From contig CAVQFQ010000021.1 in NCBI GenBank assembly GCA_963711835.1, forward strand, positions 294,632-358,631: 64,000 bases of DNA, written 5' to 3'. Numbering within the stretch: the stretch's first letter is position 1; each line of letters begins with the position of its first letter. This DNA comes from an uncultured delta proteobacterium (GTDB lineage Bacteria > Desulfobacterota > RBG-13-43-22). Position numbers and translations under genes: made by a program. The notes beneath the pieces are model-generated. The model saw only the letters and a program-made list of their open reading frames with translations, had not been told where the DNA came from and searched no databases. Positions 51,881 to 61,770 of this stretch are shown here, one piece after another.

Positions 51881-51970
51881 TATTAAGGGTCTCTAATAGT
51901 CTGGACATGAAATTGAGGAGCTTGCCTTAAATGGGACCGGGGGGTCCATATTATTTTGAGACCCTTAATA
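51881..51970. repeat. 90-bp inverted-repeat element
   Basis: TATTAAGGGTCTC / GAGACCCTTAATA perfect over 13 bp and imperfect to about 26 bp. Confidence 0.55.
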
Positions 51971-52153
51971 ACTTTTTAAAGCTATATCACAATTGAAAAA
52001 ATTCTTCCAGCGTCTTATTCGGGTTTGCCTCTTCCTGGTTCACTCCCGACTCGCTGCCCTCCAGGGATTTCCTTTCAGGCCAGGTGCGTTGTATTAACAC
52101 CCTTTTTTCAGGCAAGTCAAGTTCAATTATCGGTCAAAAAAGACCCGCTGCCT

Positions 52154-52789
52154 TTAGATCCATCTCAGGACAAACCCGAAGATAAGGATGGCCGCCAGAT
52201 CAAAGGCCAGAATGCCGCCCACGGTCATCGCTTTTCTCGGAACGCTTTCCATATCATGAACCCGGAAAGATACCAGGAAAAAGGGGAGATACCCGATCAG
52301 GAAAATGAGCCAGGGAGCACCCCGGTTCCACCAGGCATAATCCCAGGTCAAGGCGCCGACGGCATTTAAAAGGAATTCTACAAAGACGCAAAAGGCGGAG
52401 CCGATGACGGCCATGACCAGCCGGTTGGGCAGGCCAAGGATGCGGAGCCTCTTGTCGGCCGGGAGTATTTTGCTGAAGGTTATTCCGGCCACGGCAAACA
52501 TGAAACAGATTTCGATGTTGAGCCCGATCAGGATCAAATAAGCGGTCTTACCCGGGGCGCCCCAGACCGGGGCGGTGTTGCTGAAATGAAAGACCAGGCT
52601 GTTCCAGATCTCGTTGAACCAGTCCAGGCCCCAGAAAGCCAGACCGGCGAAGAAGAGATTCCAGTTTTTTCGCTCGATCTCGACGGCGTAAACATAGACC
52701 ACCAAAGCGAACAGCGGAATCACGTACCACTGAAACACACTCCCGTCCCTTAGAATCCGTGAAGCCTCCAGTGCAGCGGCAGTCGGCAT
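52154..52789 (-). CDS. Hypothetical integral membrane protein
   Basis: AAGGAG ribosome-binding site; about 6 TM segments; WGLDWFNEIWN, GLNIEI. Confidence 0.8.
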   Translation of the reverse strand: MPTAAALEASRILRDGSVFQWYVIPLFALVVYVYAVEIERKNWNLFFAGLAFWGLDWFNEIWNSLVFHFSNTAPVWGAPGKTAYLILIGLNIEICFMFAVAGITFSKILPADKRLRILGLPNRLVMAVIGSAFCVFVEFLLNAVGALTWDYAWWNRGAPWLIFLIGYLPFFLVSFRVHDMESVPRKAMTVGGILAFDLAAILIFGFVLRWI

Positions 52790-53021
52790 GATGCTCCTCC
52801 TTTTCGTTAAGGTTTACAGCAACCATCTTTTCCGGATGAGAGCTAATTATACAGAAACCATTTTATCTTGAAAGCCCTATTTGAAAAAATCCAGGACCAA
52901 GAGGGCCTATATCCCGATGGCGGAAAATGGACTTTCACTTGTTTTTCGCCTTGACCCGGGTGCAGTTCCATTTCATACTCCTTAAAAAGAAACCGTCTGT
53001 CCACCAATCAGGAGGTAAGTC

Positions 53022-53456
53022 ATGGAAGTTGAGGAGATCTGGAAACGTTTTCAGAAGCACATGGGCTACACGGATGAGGAGATGCGGATCTTCCGCTCCG
53101 ATCCGGAAAAAGTCAGGATGGTCACCGAGACGCCCGAGTTTGTCAAGTGCCGGGTGATCGCCGAGGTAATCGAGTCCCAAGGCTGCCACGCCGGGCATAA
53201 GGCCGGCGACAAATTCGTCATGACGGCCGGGGGCCAGCTTATTACCGAAGCCTGTCCCAAACGCATGTGCCTGTTCGCCCTGGGACCCGTGGCCGGTCTG
53301 CTCCCGGCCATCTACGAGCGGATAATCACCCGATCCGACCCCGGCTTTGAGCGCTCCAACATCGTCCAATGCACCGACGTGGGCCTGGATAAGGGGGGCT
53401 GGGGCAAAATTCTTATGAAGGTGTATGTGGTGCCCCCCGGCGACCATCTGGTCTGA
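53022..53456 (+). CDS. Cys-containing hypothetical protein (TIGR04076-like)
   Basis: AGGAGG ribosome-binding site; GCHAGHKAGDKF..MCLFAL..QCTD. Confidence 0.7.
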   Translation: MEVEEIWKRFQKHMGYTDEEMRIFRSDPEKVRMVTETPEFVKCRVIAEVIESQGCHAGHKAGDKFVMTAGGQLITEACPKRMCLFALGPVAGLLPAIYERIITRSDPGFERSNIVQCTDVGLDKGGWGKILMKVYVVPPGDHLV

Positions 53457-53676
53457 ATTGACGGGGAGAACCGGTGCCTATCCGACCGTTGACCGGTCGA
53501 CTGCTCATCCAAGGGGTTGGTTGCTTTGCCTTTTTAGGGGCCTTTTCGAGGGGACCAACTTTTTCCCTAAAACGGCCTTACCAGTGAACATAAATAGTCT
53601 TGGTTTAGTATTTTTTTAACTTTTTTGTCCTTTTAAGGTCTTATTTAAACAAGACACAAGACAAGGAGGAACTTTT

Positions 53677-54150
53677 ATGAAAAGGCCCATGAAGAATCTC
53701 GGGGTAGTGGCTTTAGGAGTAGTCATTCTTAGCTTACTCGTTTTTCAACTCCCGGCCTTGGCCGGTTTTCACGGACATGGACGGGCAGGCGGGACCATGA
53801 AAAAAATGATAGCCGCCCTTGACCTCTCGGAGGAGCAGAAGCTGCAAATCAAGGACCTTATAACGGCCAAACAGCCTGAAATCCAGCCCATAAGGAAGCA
53901 GTTAATCCTTGAACGCCGTGCCCTAAGAGATCTGATGCAATCGGATCCATTGGCCGAATCTGCCATCCGGGACCAGGCCGAGAGGGTCGCCACAGTCCAG
54001 ACGGAGATGGCGGTTCAGCGCGCCCGTGTTTACAATGAGGTGCGCCAGATTTTGACGCCGGAGCAAATACAAAAATTCCTGGAACTCCAGAAGGCCCGGG
54101 ACCTCAAGATCGACGGATTTCTGTCCCGTGTTTCCCCCCGGGCGCAATAA
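53677..54150 (+). CDS. Spy/CpxP-family periplasmic chaperone
   Basis: Signal peptide; LDLSEEQK and ILTPEQ (LTXXQ motifs). Confidence 0.88.
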   Translation: MKRPMKNLGVVALGVVILSLLVFQLPALAGFHGHGRAGGTMKKMIAALDLSEEQKLQIKDLITAKQPEIQPIRKQLILERRALRDLMQSDPLAESAIRDQAERVATVQTEMAVQRARVYNEVRQILTPEQIQKFLELQKARDLKIDGFLSRVSPRAQ

Positions 54151-54452
54151 GAAGGATTTAGCTTATTGAACCGTTTGACCGACCCTCCGGGTGAAAGCCT
54201 TATCCGGGACCATTAGACCGGGACTGATAAGGTCCTCTTCCGGCTGGGAACCAACAGACACCTCAAGCAGGTATTATAGGGGTCTGGGTTTTAGAGGCCG
54301 AAGAGATAGAAGGATGACGGGAGAATTCTAAGGGGTCTTCAGGGATGCAGTTTAGGTTATCCGGTCAACCAAGCTAAAGAAATCAAGGACATTTGGAGGA
54401 ACAATTTTATGTTCGGCCAGTTGCCTTTTCCAGGCTGGCCTGGAGAAAAAAA

Positions 54453-54983
54453 ATGAAAAAGCTCATTAGTTTGTTAGGTATCCTTTTTATGTTAACCCTA
54501 TTAATCCTGCCTGAACAGGTCGAGGCTATTCGTGGGCATGGAGGCTACGGTGGGCATGGACGGTCTGGTGGGTATCGTGGGCATGGGGGGTTCTTACCCG
54601 GACTGATTATCGGCGGTGTCTTAGGCTGGGGCTTGGGGCCGCGTTACTATTACCCTCCAGAATATTATTATCCACCTCCACCCTATTATTATCCACCTCC
54701 GCCAAATTATTATTATCCACCTCCAGCCGAAGGAAGTCAGGCGCCACCGTCGGCAAGCCAAGGGTCGGGTGGTCAGATGTTCGTCTACCCCCGCCAAGGT
54801 CAAAGTGAAGAGAAACAGGCCAAAGATTTTGACAAGTGTCACAACTGGGCTGTTGGTCAGACAGGCTTCGATCCGGCAAAACCACCCGTTGGCGCACCCG
54901 ATGCTCAGACCATCGAAAAGAGTGCGGACTATTTTCGGGCGATAAGTGCCTGCCTTGATGCCCACGGGTATACCGTAAGATAG
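54453..54983 (+). CDS. Exported protein with Gly/His-rich and YYYPPP repeats and a two-Cys C-terminal domain
   Basis: Signal peptide MKKLISLLG; YPRQGQSEEKQAKDFDKCHNWA..ACLDAHGYTVR. Confidence 0.8.
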   Translation: MKKLISLLGILFMLTLLILPEQVEAIRGHGGYGGHGRSGGYRGHGGFLPGLIIGGVLGWGLGPRYYYPPEYYYPPPPYYYPPPPNYYYPPPAEGSQAPPSASQGSGGQMFVYPRQGQSEEKQAKDFDKCHNWAVGQTGFDPAKPPVGAPDAQTIEKSADYFRAISACLDAHGYTVR

Positions 54984-55069
54984 CAGGAAATGGCCATACT
55001 GGGCTCGGTGGTTTTGCAATCACTACCACCGAGCTCAGGTGTTTAGTCTGATAGGTTCAAATAATCATC

Positions 55070-55197
55070 CCGCTCGCCCTCGGTGGAGCTTTCCCGGCCT
55101 TCGATGTCATCGGGGTGCATGCGGGCCATGTCATTTTTATTCCACGAATTCAAGAACGTCTTTGGTTCCATAAGTTCACTCAGAAGCTACGTCCTGT
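55070..55197 (-). repeat. Copy A of a repeated 5' gene fragment (MARMHP.DIEG..)
   Basis: Near-identical to 58476-58603. Confidence 0.85.
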
Positions 55198-55214
55198 GCT
55201 ACTGGAATGCCTGC

Positions 55215-57104
55215 TCAGGTCCTCTTGTCGAGTTCTTCCCACCGTAGATAGGCGGTCTCTATGGCCTGTTCCACCTGTCCCAGTTTGGTTTTAATCCGGT
55301 CCAGTTCCTCCTTCCCTTTTTTGTAAAACAGGGGATCGGACAGGGCCTCATAAAGCCCCTGCCGCTCCGTTTCCAGGGCGTTGATATGTTGGGGCAGTTC
55401 TTCCAACTCCCTTCTTTCCTTATAGCCCAGCTTCTGAAGGTCCAGGGTTTTGGGCCTTTCGATATTTTTTTCGTGAACTTTTCTCTTTGTCCGGGGGTGC
55501 TCCGCCGGCCGGGCTCTTTGAAGCAGCCAGTCGTCATATCCCCCGGCGTATTGAATGACCCGTCCGTTTTCTTCAAAGGCCATGGTACTGGTCACCACGT
55601 TGTTTAAGAAGGTCCGGTCATGGCTTACCAGCAGAAGGGTCCCTTGGTACTGGAAAAGAAGCTCCTCCAACAACTCCAGGGTTTCCATGTCCAGATCGTT
55701 GGTGGGTTCGTCCAGGACCAGGACATTGGCCGGCCGAGTAAAAAGTTTGGCCAGCATAAGGCGGTTTTTTTCCCCCCCGGAAAGAACCTTTACCGGGGTC
55801 CGGCTTTTTTCCGGTGAAAAGAGAAAGTCCTGAAGATAGCCTATGATGTGTCGTCTCTGCCCGTTCAGGATAACAAAGTCATTTCCCTCAGCTACGTTTT
55901 CCAGGACGGTTTTTTCTTCATCAAGCTGGATGCGGAGTTGGTCAAAATAGGCAATCTGGATGTGGGTGCCGTGACGAACTCGGCCTGTTCGGGGCGGGAT
56001 AATTTTTAAAAGGATGTTCAACAGGGTGGTCTTGCCCGCACCGTTCGGCCCGATGATCCCTACCTTGTCCCCCCGCAGGATGATGGTGGAAAAATCTCGG
56101 ACTACCGGGGTTTCTCCATAGGCAAAGGAAACGTTTTCCGCCTCGATAACCAATTTTCCGGTTCTTTCGGCCTCTTGAATCTGCAGTTTAACATTACCTT
56201 TTTTCTTGCGGCGGGCCTGAAAGGCCTCGCGCATCTTGATCAGGGCCGTGACCCTGCCTTCGTTCCTGGTTCTGCGGGCCTTGATGCCCTGTCTGATCCA
56301 GGCCTCTTCCTGAGAGAGTTTTTTATCGAATAAATCGTTTTGGTTTTCTTCGGCCGAAAGCACCTCCTGCCTTCGTTTTAAAAAGGTATCAAAATTACAG
56401 GCATAGGAAAAGGGACGTCCCCGATCCAGCTCCAAAATCCTGGTGGCCAGTTTTGTCAGAAAGGCGCGGTCATGGGTGACAAAAAGCAGGGTCTTGACAT
56501 AGCGGAGGATAAAGGTCTCCATCCAGAGGATGGATTCGATATCCAGATGGTTGGTCGGCTCATCCAACAGAAGTATGTCCGGTTCGGCAACCATGGCCCG
56601 GGCAAAGAGGGTGCGCCGTTTCATCCCGGCCGACAAATCGGCGAATTCTGCCTCCAAAGGAAGCTGGGCCCGGGACAAAACGGTTTCCACCTGTTTTACT
56701 GGAGTCCACCAATCCTTGGAATCCACAAGGTGCGGTTGCTCATCCTGCAGCCGGGAAGGACCGCGGCCTCCTCTGTCGCCTTTCGTCTTGATGCCTTTGC
56801 GGTAATCGAACAGGGACCGCCCCTTCGGACCGAGACCTCCGGCCACCACGTCGAAGATCGGTCCCTCAAAATCCCGGGAGACACTCTGGGACAGGTGGGC
56901 TACGGTGACGCCCTGCTGCCGCCAGACTTGACCGCTATCCGGCAGGATTTCTCCCTGTAAAAGTCTAAGCAATGTGGACTTCCCGGCTCCGTTACGACCA
57001 AGAAGACCGACCCGTTCCCCTTTTTCGAGCTGAAAGGTAATATTCTCCAGCAACGGGGGATTAGAAAACCCCCAGTATAAATCCCGGACTCCGATAAGGG
57101 CCAT
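55215..57104 (-). CDS. uup: ABC-F ATPase Uup
   Basis: Two ABC domains (GRNGAGKS, GPNGAGKT), linker WIRQGIKARRTRNEGRV, C-terminal coiled coil ..RWEEL. Confidence 0.94.
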   Translation of the reverse strand: MALIGVRDLYWGFSNPPLLENITFQLEKGERVGLLGRNGAGKSTLLRLLQGEILPDSGQVWRQQGVTVAHLSQSVSRDFEGPIFDVVAGGLGPKGRSLFDYRKGIKTKGDRGGRGPSRLQDEQPHLVDSKDWWTPVKQVETVLSRAQLPLEAEFADLSAGMKRRTLFARAMVAEPDILLLDEPTNHLDIESILWMETFILRYVKTLLFVTHDRAFLTKLATRILELDRGRPFSYACNFDTFLKRRQEVLSAEENQNDLFDKKLSQEEAWIRQGIKARRTRNEGRVTALIKMREAFQARRKKKGNVKLQIQEAERTGKLVIEAENVSFAYGETPVVRDFSTIILRGDKVGIIGPNGAGKTTLLNILLKIIPPRTGRVRHGTHIQIAYFDQLRIQLDEEKTVLENVAEGNDFVILNGQRRHIIGYLQDFLFSPEKSRTPVKVLSGGEKNRLMLAKLFTRPANVLVLDEPTNDLDMETLELLEELLFQYQGTLLLVSHDRTFLNNVVTSTMAFEENGRVIQYAGGYDDWLLQRARPAEHPRTKRKVHEKNIERPKTLDLQKLGYKERRELEELPQHINALETERQGLYEALSDPLFYKKGKEELDRIKTKLGQVEQAIETAYLRWEELDKRT

Positions 57105-57198
57105 GAAATGATCCTTGCTGTCAGGGAAGGGCCGCCAGCCATTCTTTATGGTTCTCTCCCCCGAATAAATTAACAGTTTGCTAAAAAACTAAATTTTC

Positions 57199-57337
57199 AC
57201 AGGTTGCTTAAAAATGCTTAGATTCAAGGCGTCCAAAATCCTGAGGAAGGAGGCGTACATAGAAGAACGCCGGACTGACGAAGGATGAGGACAATCCCGC
57301 GAGGCGCGGGAAAGATGAGCGTTTTTCAGCAGCCTGT
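57199..57337. mobile_element. MITE-like element containing an AATCCCGC palindrome
   Basis: Terminal inverted repeats ACAGGTTGCTTAAAAA / TTTTTCAGCAGCCTGT (14/16); TCCCGCG-AGG-CGCGGGA at 57295-57311. Confidence 0.7.
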
Positions 57338-57606
57338 TAAATCTTTTAATCTTAACCGCTAATGAAGAAACAAACAAGAGAGAAGGAAGACCTTGCGGAT
57401 ATATGAAATGGCTTACTGAATTCCGATTTGTGATCAGAAGCCCAAGAGTGTATATTCTTCCCGCCGTCTCCCGCGATTCATCACATGATACCAGGCGTCC
57501 GGATATTCTATTCTCAATGGTCGGGACATAACCAACCTTAAGCACAAATCATTCTTAAGAGTCAAGAACAGACAGACCCCTTTATCTCGGCTGTCTATTT
57601 ATTGAT

Positions 57607-58026
57607 CTAACCTTCTTTAATAAAATCCTGGGGAGTAATAATCCGGCAAGAAATTCCATTTTCTTTTAAGGATTCCGGAGAAATAATTAACAGGTCGTTA
57701 TCTCCGGTAATGAGGAAATCGGCGCCAACTTCCTTGCAAAGAGATAGATAATGGTCGTCCTTGGCATCCCTGGACAGGGCTACCGGGGTAGAGACAGAAA
57801 CCAGGATTGCCATCCCCATAAGTTCATGGAACTTTTCTCTGATGAAAGCCAATTGCCCTTCGGTAAGTTTTTTCGAAAGCTTATAAAGGACTCCCTCCAA
57901 CTCCCTCTTAATATCCGATGAAAAAAAAACCTCGTGTTTCCCCATGGCCCGGGCAACTGCCTCAAGGGGTTTTCCACCGAAGGCGGATGAGATTATGACA
58001 TTGGCATCAATAACGACCTTAGCCAT
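57607..58026 (-). CDS. PIN-domain toxin
   Basis: VVIDANVIIS..RDAKDDHYL..ADFLITGDNDLL. Confidence 0.9.
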   Translation of the reverse strand: MAKVVIDANVIISSAFGGKPLEAVARAMGKHEVFFSSDIKRELEGVLYKLSKKLTEGQLAFIREKFHELMGMAILVSVSTPVALSRDAKDDHYLSLCKEVGADFLITGDNDLLIISPESLKENGISCRIITPQDFIKEG

Positions 58027-58252
58027 AAATCTCTTTTCTGGCTAAATCTAACGCCCGAAGGGCTTCCTTTTCCGTTATTCCCGCCTCATTAAAAATTCTT
58101 CCGATTTCCAAAACCACTATTTCTGCAGATTTTTCAGGGACTGGCACAAGGCGGGCAATCGGTTTTTTCCGTTTCAAGATAACGATCTCGCTTCCCTCGT
58201 TTAGGTATTTGACCGCATCCTGTTTAAATTCCCGAACTCCGACAAATTTCAT
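58019..58252 (-). CDS. Phd/YefM antitoxin
   Basis: VGVREFK..EIVILKRKKPIARLVP; overlaps the toxin gene. Confidence 0.88.
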   Translation of the reverse strand: MKFVGVREFKQDAVKYLNEGSEIVILKRKKPIARLVPVPEKSAEIVVLEIGRIFNEAGITEKEALRALDLARKEIYG

Positions 58253-58288
58253 TTCTTCCCTCCTGGCAATGTTGCTACAAATATAGGA

Positions 58289-58317
58289 ACAATATAATTT
58301 CTTTTCCCTATTGTCAA
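58289..58317 (-). promoter_or_regulatory. Sigma70 promoter of the Phd-PIN operon
   Basis: TTGACA-17 bp-TATTGT. Confidence 0.6.
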
Positions 58318-58411
58318 GTCCTACATTTTAAATGTTTTTGATCGGAATAGGTTTGAGAGCCCATATCTGTAAAGGCAATGGTGAAAAATATTCCGACCCC
58401 AATCCAAGCTG

Positions 58412-58603
58412 GGGCATACCAGCCGATAAAATCCTGGTCCGGCCGGGCCGCTTCCCGGAGGAAACGAAAGACCTTCCGCACGCCCTCGGTGGCACTTTCC
58501 AGGCCTTCGATATCCTCGGGGTGCATGCGGGCCATGTTAATTTTATTCCACGAATTCAAGAACGTCTTTGGTTCCATAAGTTCACTCAGCAACTGCGTCC
58601 TGT
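58412..58603 (-). repeat. Copy B (longest) of the repeated 5' gene fragment
   Basis: Encodes MARMHPEDIEGLESATEGVRKVFRFLREAARPDQDFIGWY from the ATG at 58535. Confidence 0.85.
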
Positions 58604-58722
58604 CCGACGATTTCTTGGGGGTCTATATTTGAACTGATGGGGACTGTTAAAGGACTGGGGCCTTTTTCCCAGGAATAGCCTTTGAAGGGTCATAGCCTGT
58701 AAATAGGCCTGAATGAAAAAAA

Positions 58723-59082
58723 TTATCCAAAAGGGTTACGACTTATTCGAATGCGCCCGGGTTGCACTACAACAAAGCAACCGATTAAACGCTCTCCCTG
58801 TTCTTTGACCAATTGTACCAGATCCCTGGAAACTTGCTTCCGGGCTGATGTGGGAAACCTTAATAAAACTACCCCGACCGCTTTTTGTCCACGGGCATAG
58901 ACTAATTGACCGAAATCCTTATCTTCCGTTAAAAGGATTCTCTTTTGACGAACCGCCAATTTTAATACTTCCTGATCATCCGCCCGGGGAGAAATCTCCG
59001 CCACGGCGATCACCTCATGCCCCGCCGTTCTTAAAACGCGAACCATGGTAAAATCGCAACTTTCGTCGGCCAGAAATAGCAC
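58723..59082 (-). CDS. DUF5615 PIN-like toxin
   Basis: FLADES..GHEV..DQEVL..RILLTEDKDFG. Confidence 0.88.
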   Translation of the reverse strand: MLFLADESCDFTMVRVLRTAGHEVIAVAEISPRADDQEVLKLAVRQKRILLTEDKDFGQLVYARGQKAVGVVLLRFPTSARKQVSRDLVQLVKEQGERLIGCFVVVQPGRIRISRNPFG

Positions 59083-59085
59083 GAG

Positions 59086-59337
59086 TTATCCCCTGGCCGC
59101 CCTTTTGGGTTTTTCAATGAACACGATTTCTTCATGGGCCAACGTATCGGCGGCATAACGAATGGCGGTTTTAATATCCCCGGGCTTTAGCTTTGGGTAG
59201 GCCTCTAAGAGTTCCGATTCCTTGGCCCCTTCACTTAGCTTTCGGAGGATAAGTTCCAGGGTAATCCGGGTTCCACGAATGACCGGTTTGCCCATCATAA
59301 TTTTAGGATTGATTTCAATTCGGTCCGTAATGGTCAT
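59086..59337 (-). CDS. DUF433 antitoxin
   Basis: AGGAGG ribosome-binding site; RIEINPKIMMGKPVIRGTRI..YPKL..DIKTAIRYAA. Confidence 0.92.
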   Translation of the reverse strand: MTITDRIEINPKIMMGKPVIRGTRITLELILRKLSEGAKESELLEAYPKLKPGDIKTAIRYAADTLAHEEIVFIEKPKRAARG

Positions 59338-59400
59338 ACCAAACCTCCTACTGTTCTTATCTCGGTATTGTCGGGGACAGGGCATTATCGATCAGAAACT

Positions 59401-59626
59401 TCATGAAGCCTTTAATAAAGGCAGTTCCCGCTCCCGAACCGCTTCAGCGGCATATCGTAAGGCCTCCCGGATATCTGCCGCTTCCAGGTCTGGAAAGGCC
59501 TCCAGGATTTCCTCTTCCTTCATCCCGTCGGCCACCATCCCGACTACAGTAGCTATCGGGATTCGAAGTCCCCGCAGGCAAGGCTCCCGTTTGAAGCGGA
59601 TTGACCTTAATGCGATTAAACTCCAT
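59401..59626 (-). pseudogene. Second DUF433 antitoxin, frameshifted or with a small deletion, and without its own toxin
   Basis: MEFNRIKVNPLQ / EPCLRGLRIPIATVVGMVADGM..FPDLEAADIREALRYAA. Confidence 0.8.
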
Positions 59627-59702
59627 TCTGGGCCTCCAGTAATAAATCCAACTGATGAAACGAAGATTTTATATATATTACCTAAATATTGCAAAAGCTA
59701 AG

Positions 59703-59806
59703 GATGCTGTAGATCCGAGGCGTCAAGGGCGACGCTGTACTTGGGTACCGCGAGCCCTTGACAATCCCGCCACGGCGGGACGGCATCATCAACTTTCCCG
59801 CAGGGT
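59703..59806. repeat. Structured repeat (MITE-like) containing an AATCCCGC palindrome
   Basis: Nested inverted repeats GATGCTGT/ACGGCATC and GTCAAGGGC/GCCCTTGAC; TCCCGCC-AC-GGCGGGA at 59765-59780. Confidence 0.6.
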
Positions 59807-60103
59807 AAAAATTGGGAGGTTTTTTTAATGTGGTTAAAGTTCACATAGAGTGATTCCCCTGACCACTCTTAAATTCCCTTGTAACCCAGATGGTTATTGG
59901 TTAAACCTGCTTTCAGCCCAATTTTTATGCAATAGTTAGGTTTACTATATCATATGTTTCTCAACAAATCTATGTGATGGCCGGCCAGCAAGAAAATTCA
60001 TTTGACTGAGGATTATGCACCACTGCTGAAGTGGTCATGCCGAGGAACCGTGCAGTGGCCGTCGCAACCCTGGCCAGCGGTTGTCTTTGATTAAAAAGAC
60101 ATT

Positions 60104-60217
60104 CCCGCCTCCCGGAGGAAACGAAAGACCTTCCGCTCGCCCTCGGTGGGGCCTTCCAGGCTTTCGATATCCTCGGGGTGTATGCGGACCATGTCGATTT
60201 AATTCCACAGATTCAAG
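60104..60217 (-). repeat. Copy C of the repeated 5' gene fragment
   Basis: Encodes MVRIHPEDIESLEGPTEGERKVFRFLREAG. Confidence 0.85.
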
Positions 60218-60519
60218 GTCATTCCTGTCTCTAAGATCCCAGGTCCTCCCCACCAGGACCATAGCCGAGTACCCGTCCCTTCTGATCCAAAGACTGCAAT
60301 CAATCTCCATGATCGTCAACTAGATCGAGCTCATCATTGGAGAGTATATATTCCTATAGTGGTGGCAGTTGTTGCTGGCGTCTTCACCCTCTTTGGCATT
60401 TTTCTTAAGACTTGGCTTCAAGACCCATAACCAATCGCTCGACTAGATCGCGTGGAACCCGCGCGTCTGGTCGGCTTGCTGTTAAATGCAAGAGACTAAT
60501 CAAAACAGGGAGATGAAAT

Positions 60520-60584
60520 GTAGACCGGGACGTTGGTTCTAAGTTGCATTATTATCCGCCTCACGAATTGGCCTGTGTGGGGCC
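60520..60584. repeat. Direct repeat 1 flanking the RelE-HTH cassette
   Basis: CGTTGGTTCTAAGTT..ATTATTATCCGCCTCACGAATTGGCCTGTGTGGGGCC, repeated at 61712-61770. Confidence 0.85.
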
Positions 60585-60981
60585 AAGGCATCCTTGCCCC
60601 CCTCCCTCCCGCTACTCTCCCGTATTGCGGAGAGAATGATATCCGTGCCAGGCCTTGACATTTGACATAAACCCCGGTCACCTTCTGCGAGGGGACGGAA
60701 TCCGGGACCTTGTTGAATTCATTGACCTTCGTTTCTCATAGGGATTGAATTTCACTTTTCCCTAACCTTTTGGTGACCCCTACTAATCCAATTTTTTGCC
60801 CCAAGATAGCTATTTTTGGAACTGAAGATACCGGCCGGCAAGAAGGATCGCTCCAGGGCCTGGATCCCGGATCGAGTCTGGGATGACGTTATCACCCCCA
60901 CTGCTCCTGCGGCTGACCTAAGAAGGATTTCCCGCCGTGACAGGAAAAGGGGGATAAGCTCCCGGATCCTGGATCAAGCTG

Positions 60982-61329
60982 TTATGCCGATTTCATCCGA
61001 TAGGGTGTTCGCTTATCCGCCACTGAACGTTTCCTCCCCATCTCCATGGGTTCAATTTCAATCCGAATAGAGGCCCCTAATGCCTCCGCCACCCGACGAA
61101 TCATGCTCAAAGAGTGCCCTTCATAGGACGGGGATTCGAGTCGGCTGATCTGCTGTTGGGTGGTGCCTATCTTCCGGGCCAATTTTCTGGGAAAGCCCCG
61201 ATTGTTGGCGAAGCGCAGCTAACTGAAGGGCCACCTCCCAGGCCCGGCCGGCCTTTTAAACCGCTCGGCAAAATCCTGATCCTGCAACTGCTTTTCCAGA
61301 TAATTCTCAAAGTTGGTTTTTCTTTTCAT
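60982..61329 (-). CDS. XRE-family HTH antitoxin; frameshifted
   Basis: MKRKTNFENYLEKQLQDQDFAERF..LARKIGTTQQQISRLESPSYEGHSLSM. Confidence 0.8.
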
Positions 61330-61349
61330 GCTTGTTTCCAGCTTCCCAT

Positions 61350-61678
61350 TCATTTTTTCCTTTTTACAGCCACAATACTATCTCTTTCGGGACTCCCCAG
61401 CCCTTGTTTCGAATTCCGTGGATAAGAATTATTCGCCTGCCTCCAGCGAAGAAATAAATAATCCGGGTATTCAATTTGCCCACATGGCGAAGCTCGAACA
61501 TATCTTTGCCCAGCGGTTTGGATAACGGGGGCCGATGGCAATCCCGGTTTCGCAGTTTGGTTATCCCGGCCATCACCGAGGCAAAGTCATCCGGGTCCGA
61601 CACCTTGAGGGATTCCAGAAATTCCCGGACAGGACAGCCCCCCGAGATAGTTTCTAAAAATTCTATACTGAATTCCAT
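61350..61678 (-). CDS. RelE/ParE-superfamily (Gp49/HigB-like) toxin; C-terminal indel
   Basis: CPVREFLESL..PLSKPLGKDMFELR..RIIYFF..RIILIHGI. Confidence 0.85.
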
Positions 61679-61711
61679 GAAAGATCAATATCAATTTTGA
61701 TGTGGATATCC

Positions 61712-61770
61712 GTAGACCGTTGGTTCTAAGTTAATTATTATCCGCCTCACGAATTGGCCTGTGTGGGGCC
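61712..61770. repeat. Direct repeat 2 flanking the RelE-HTH cassette
   Basis: Matches 60520-60584; followed by a CCCTCTCCC..GGGAGAGGG hairpin. Confidence 0.85.

Noticed and set aside
57189-57545. 118-aa ORF, and similar ORFs at 60035..60323 and 60816..61070
   Set aside because: They translate repeat or MITE sequence and lack ribosome-binding sites or protein motifs.
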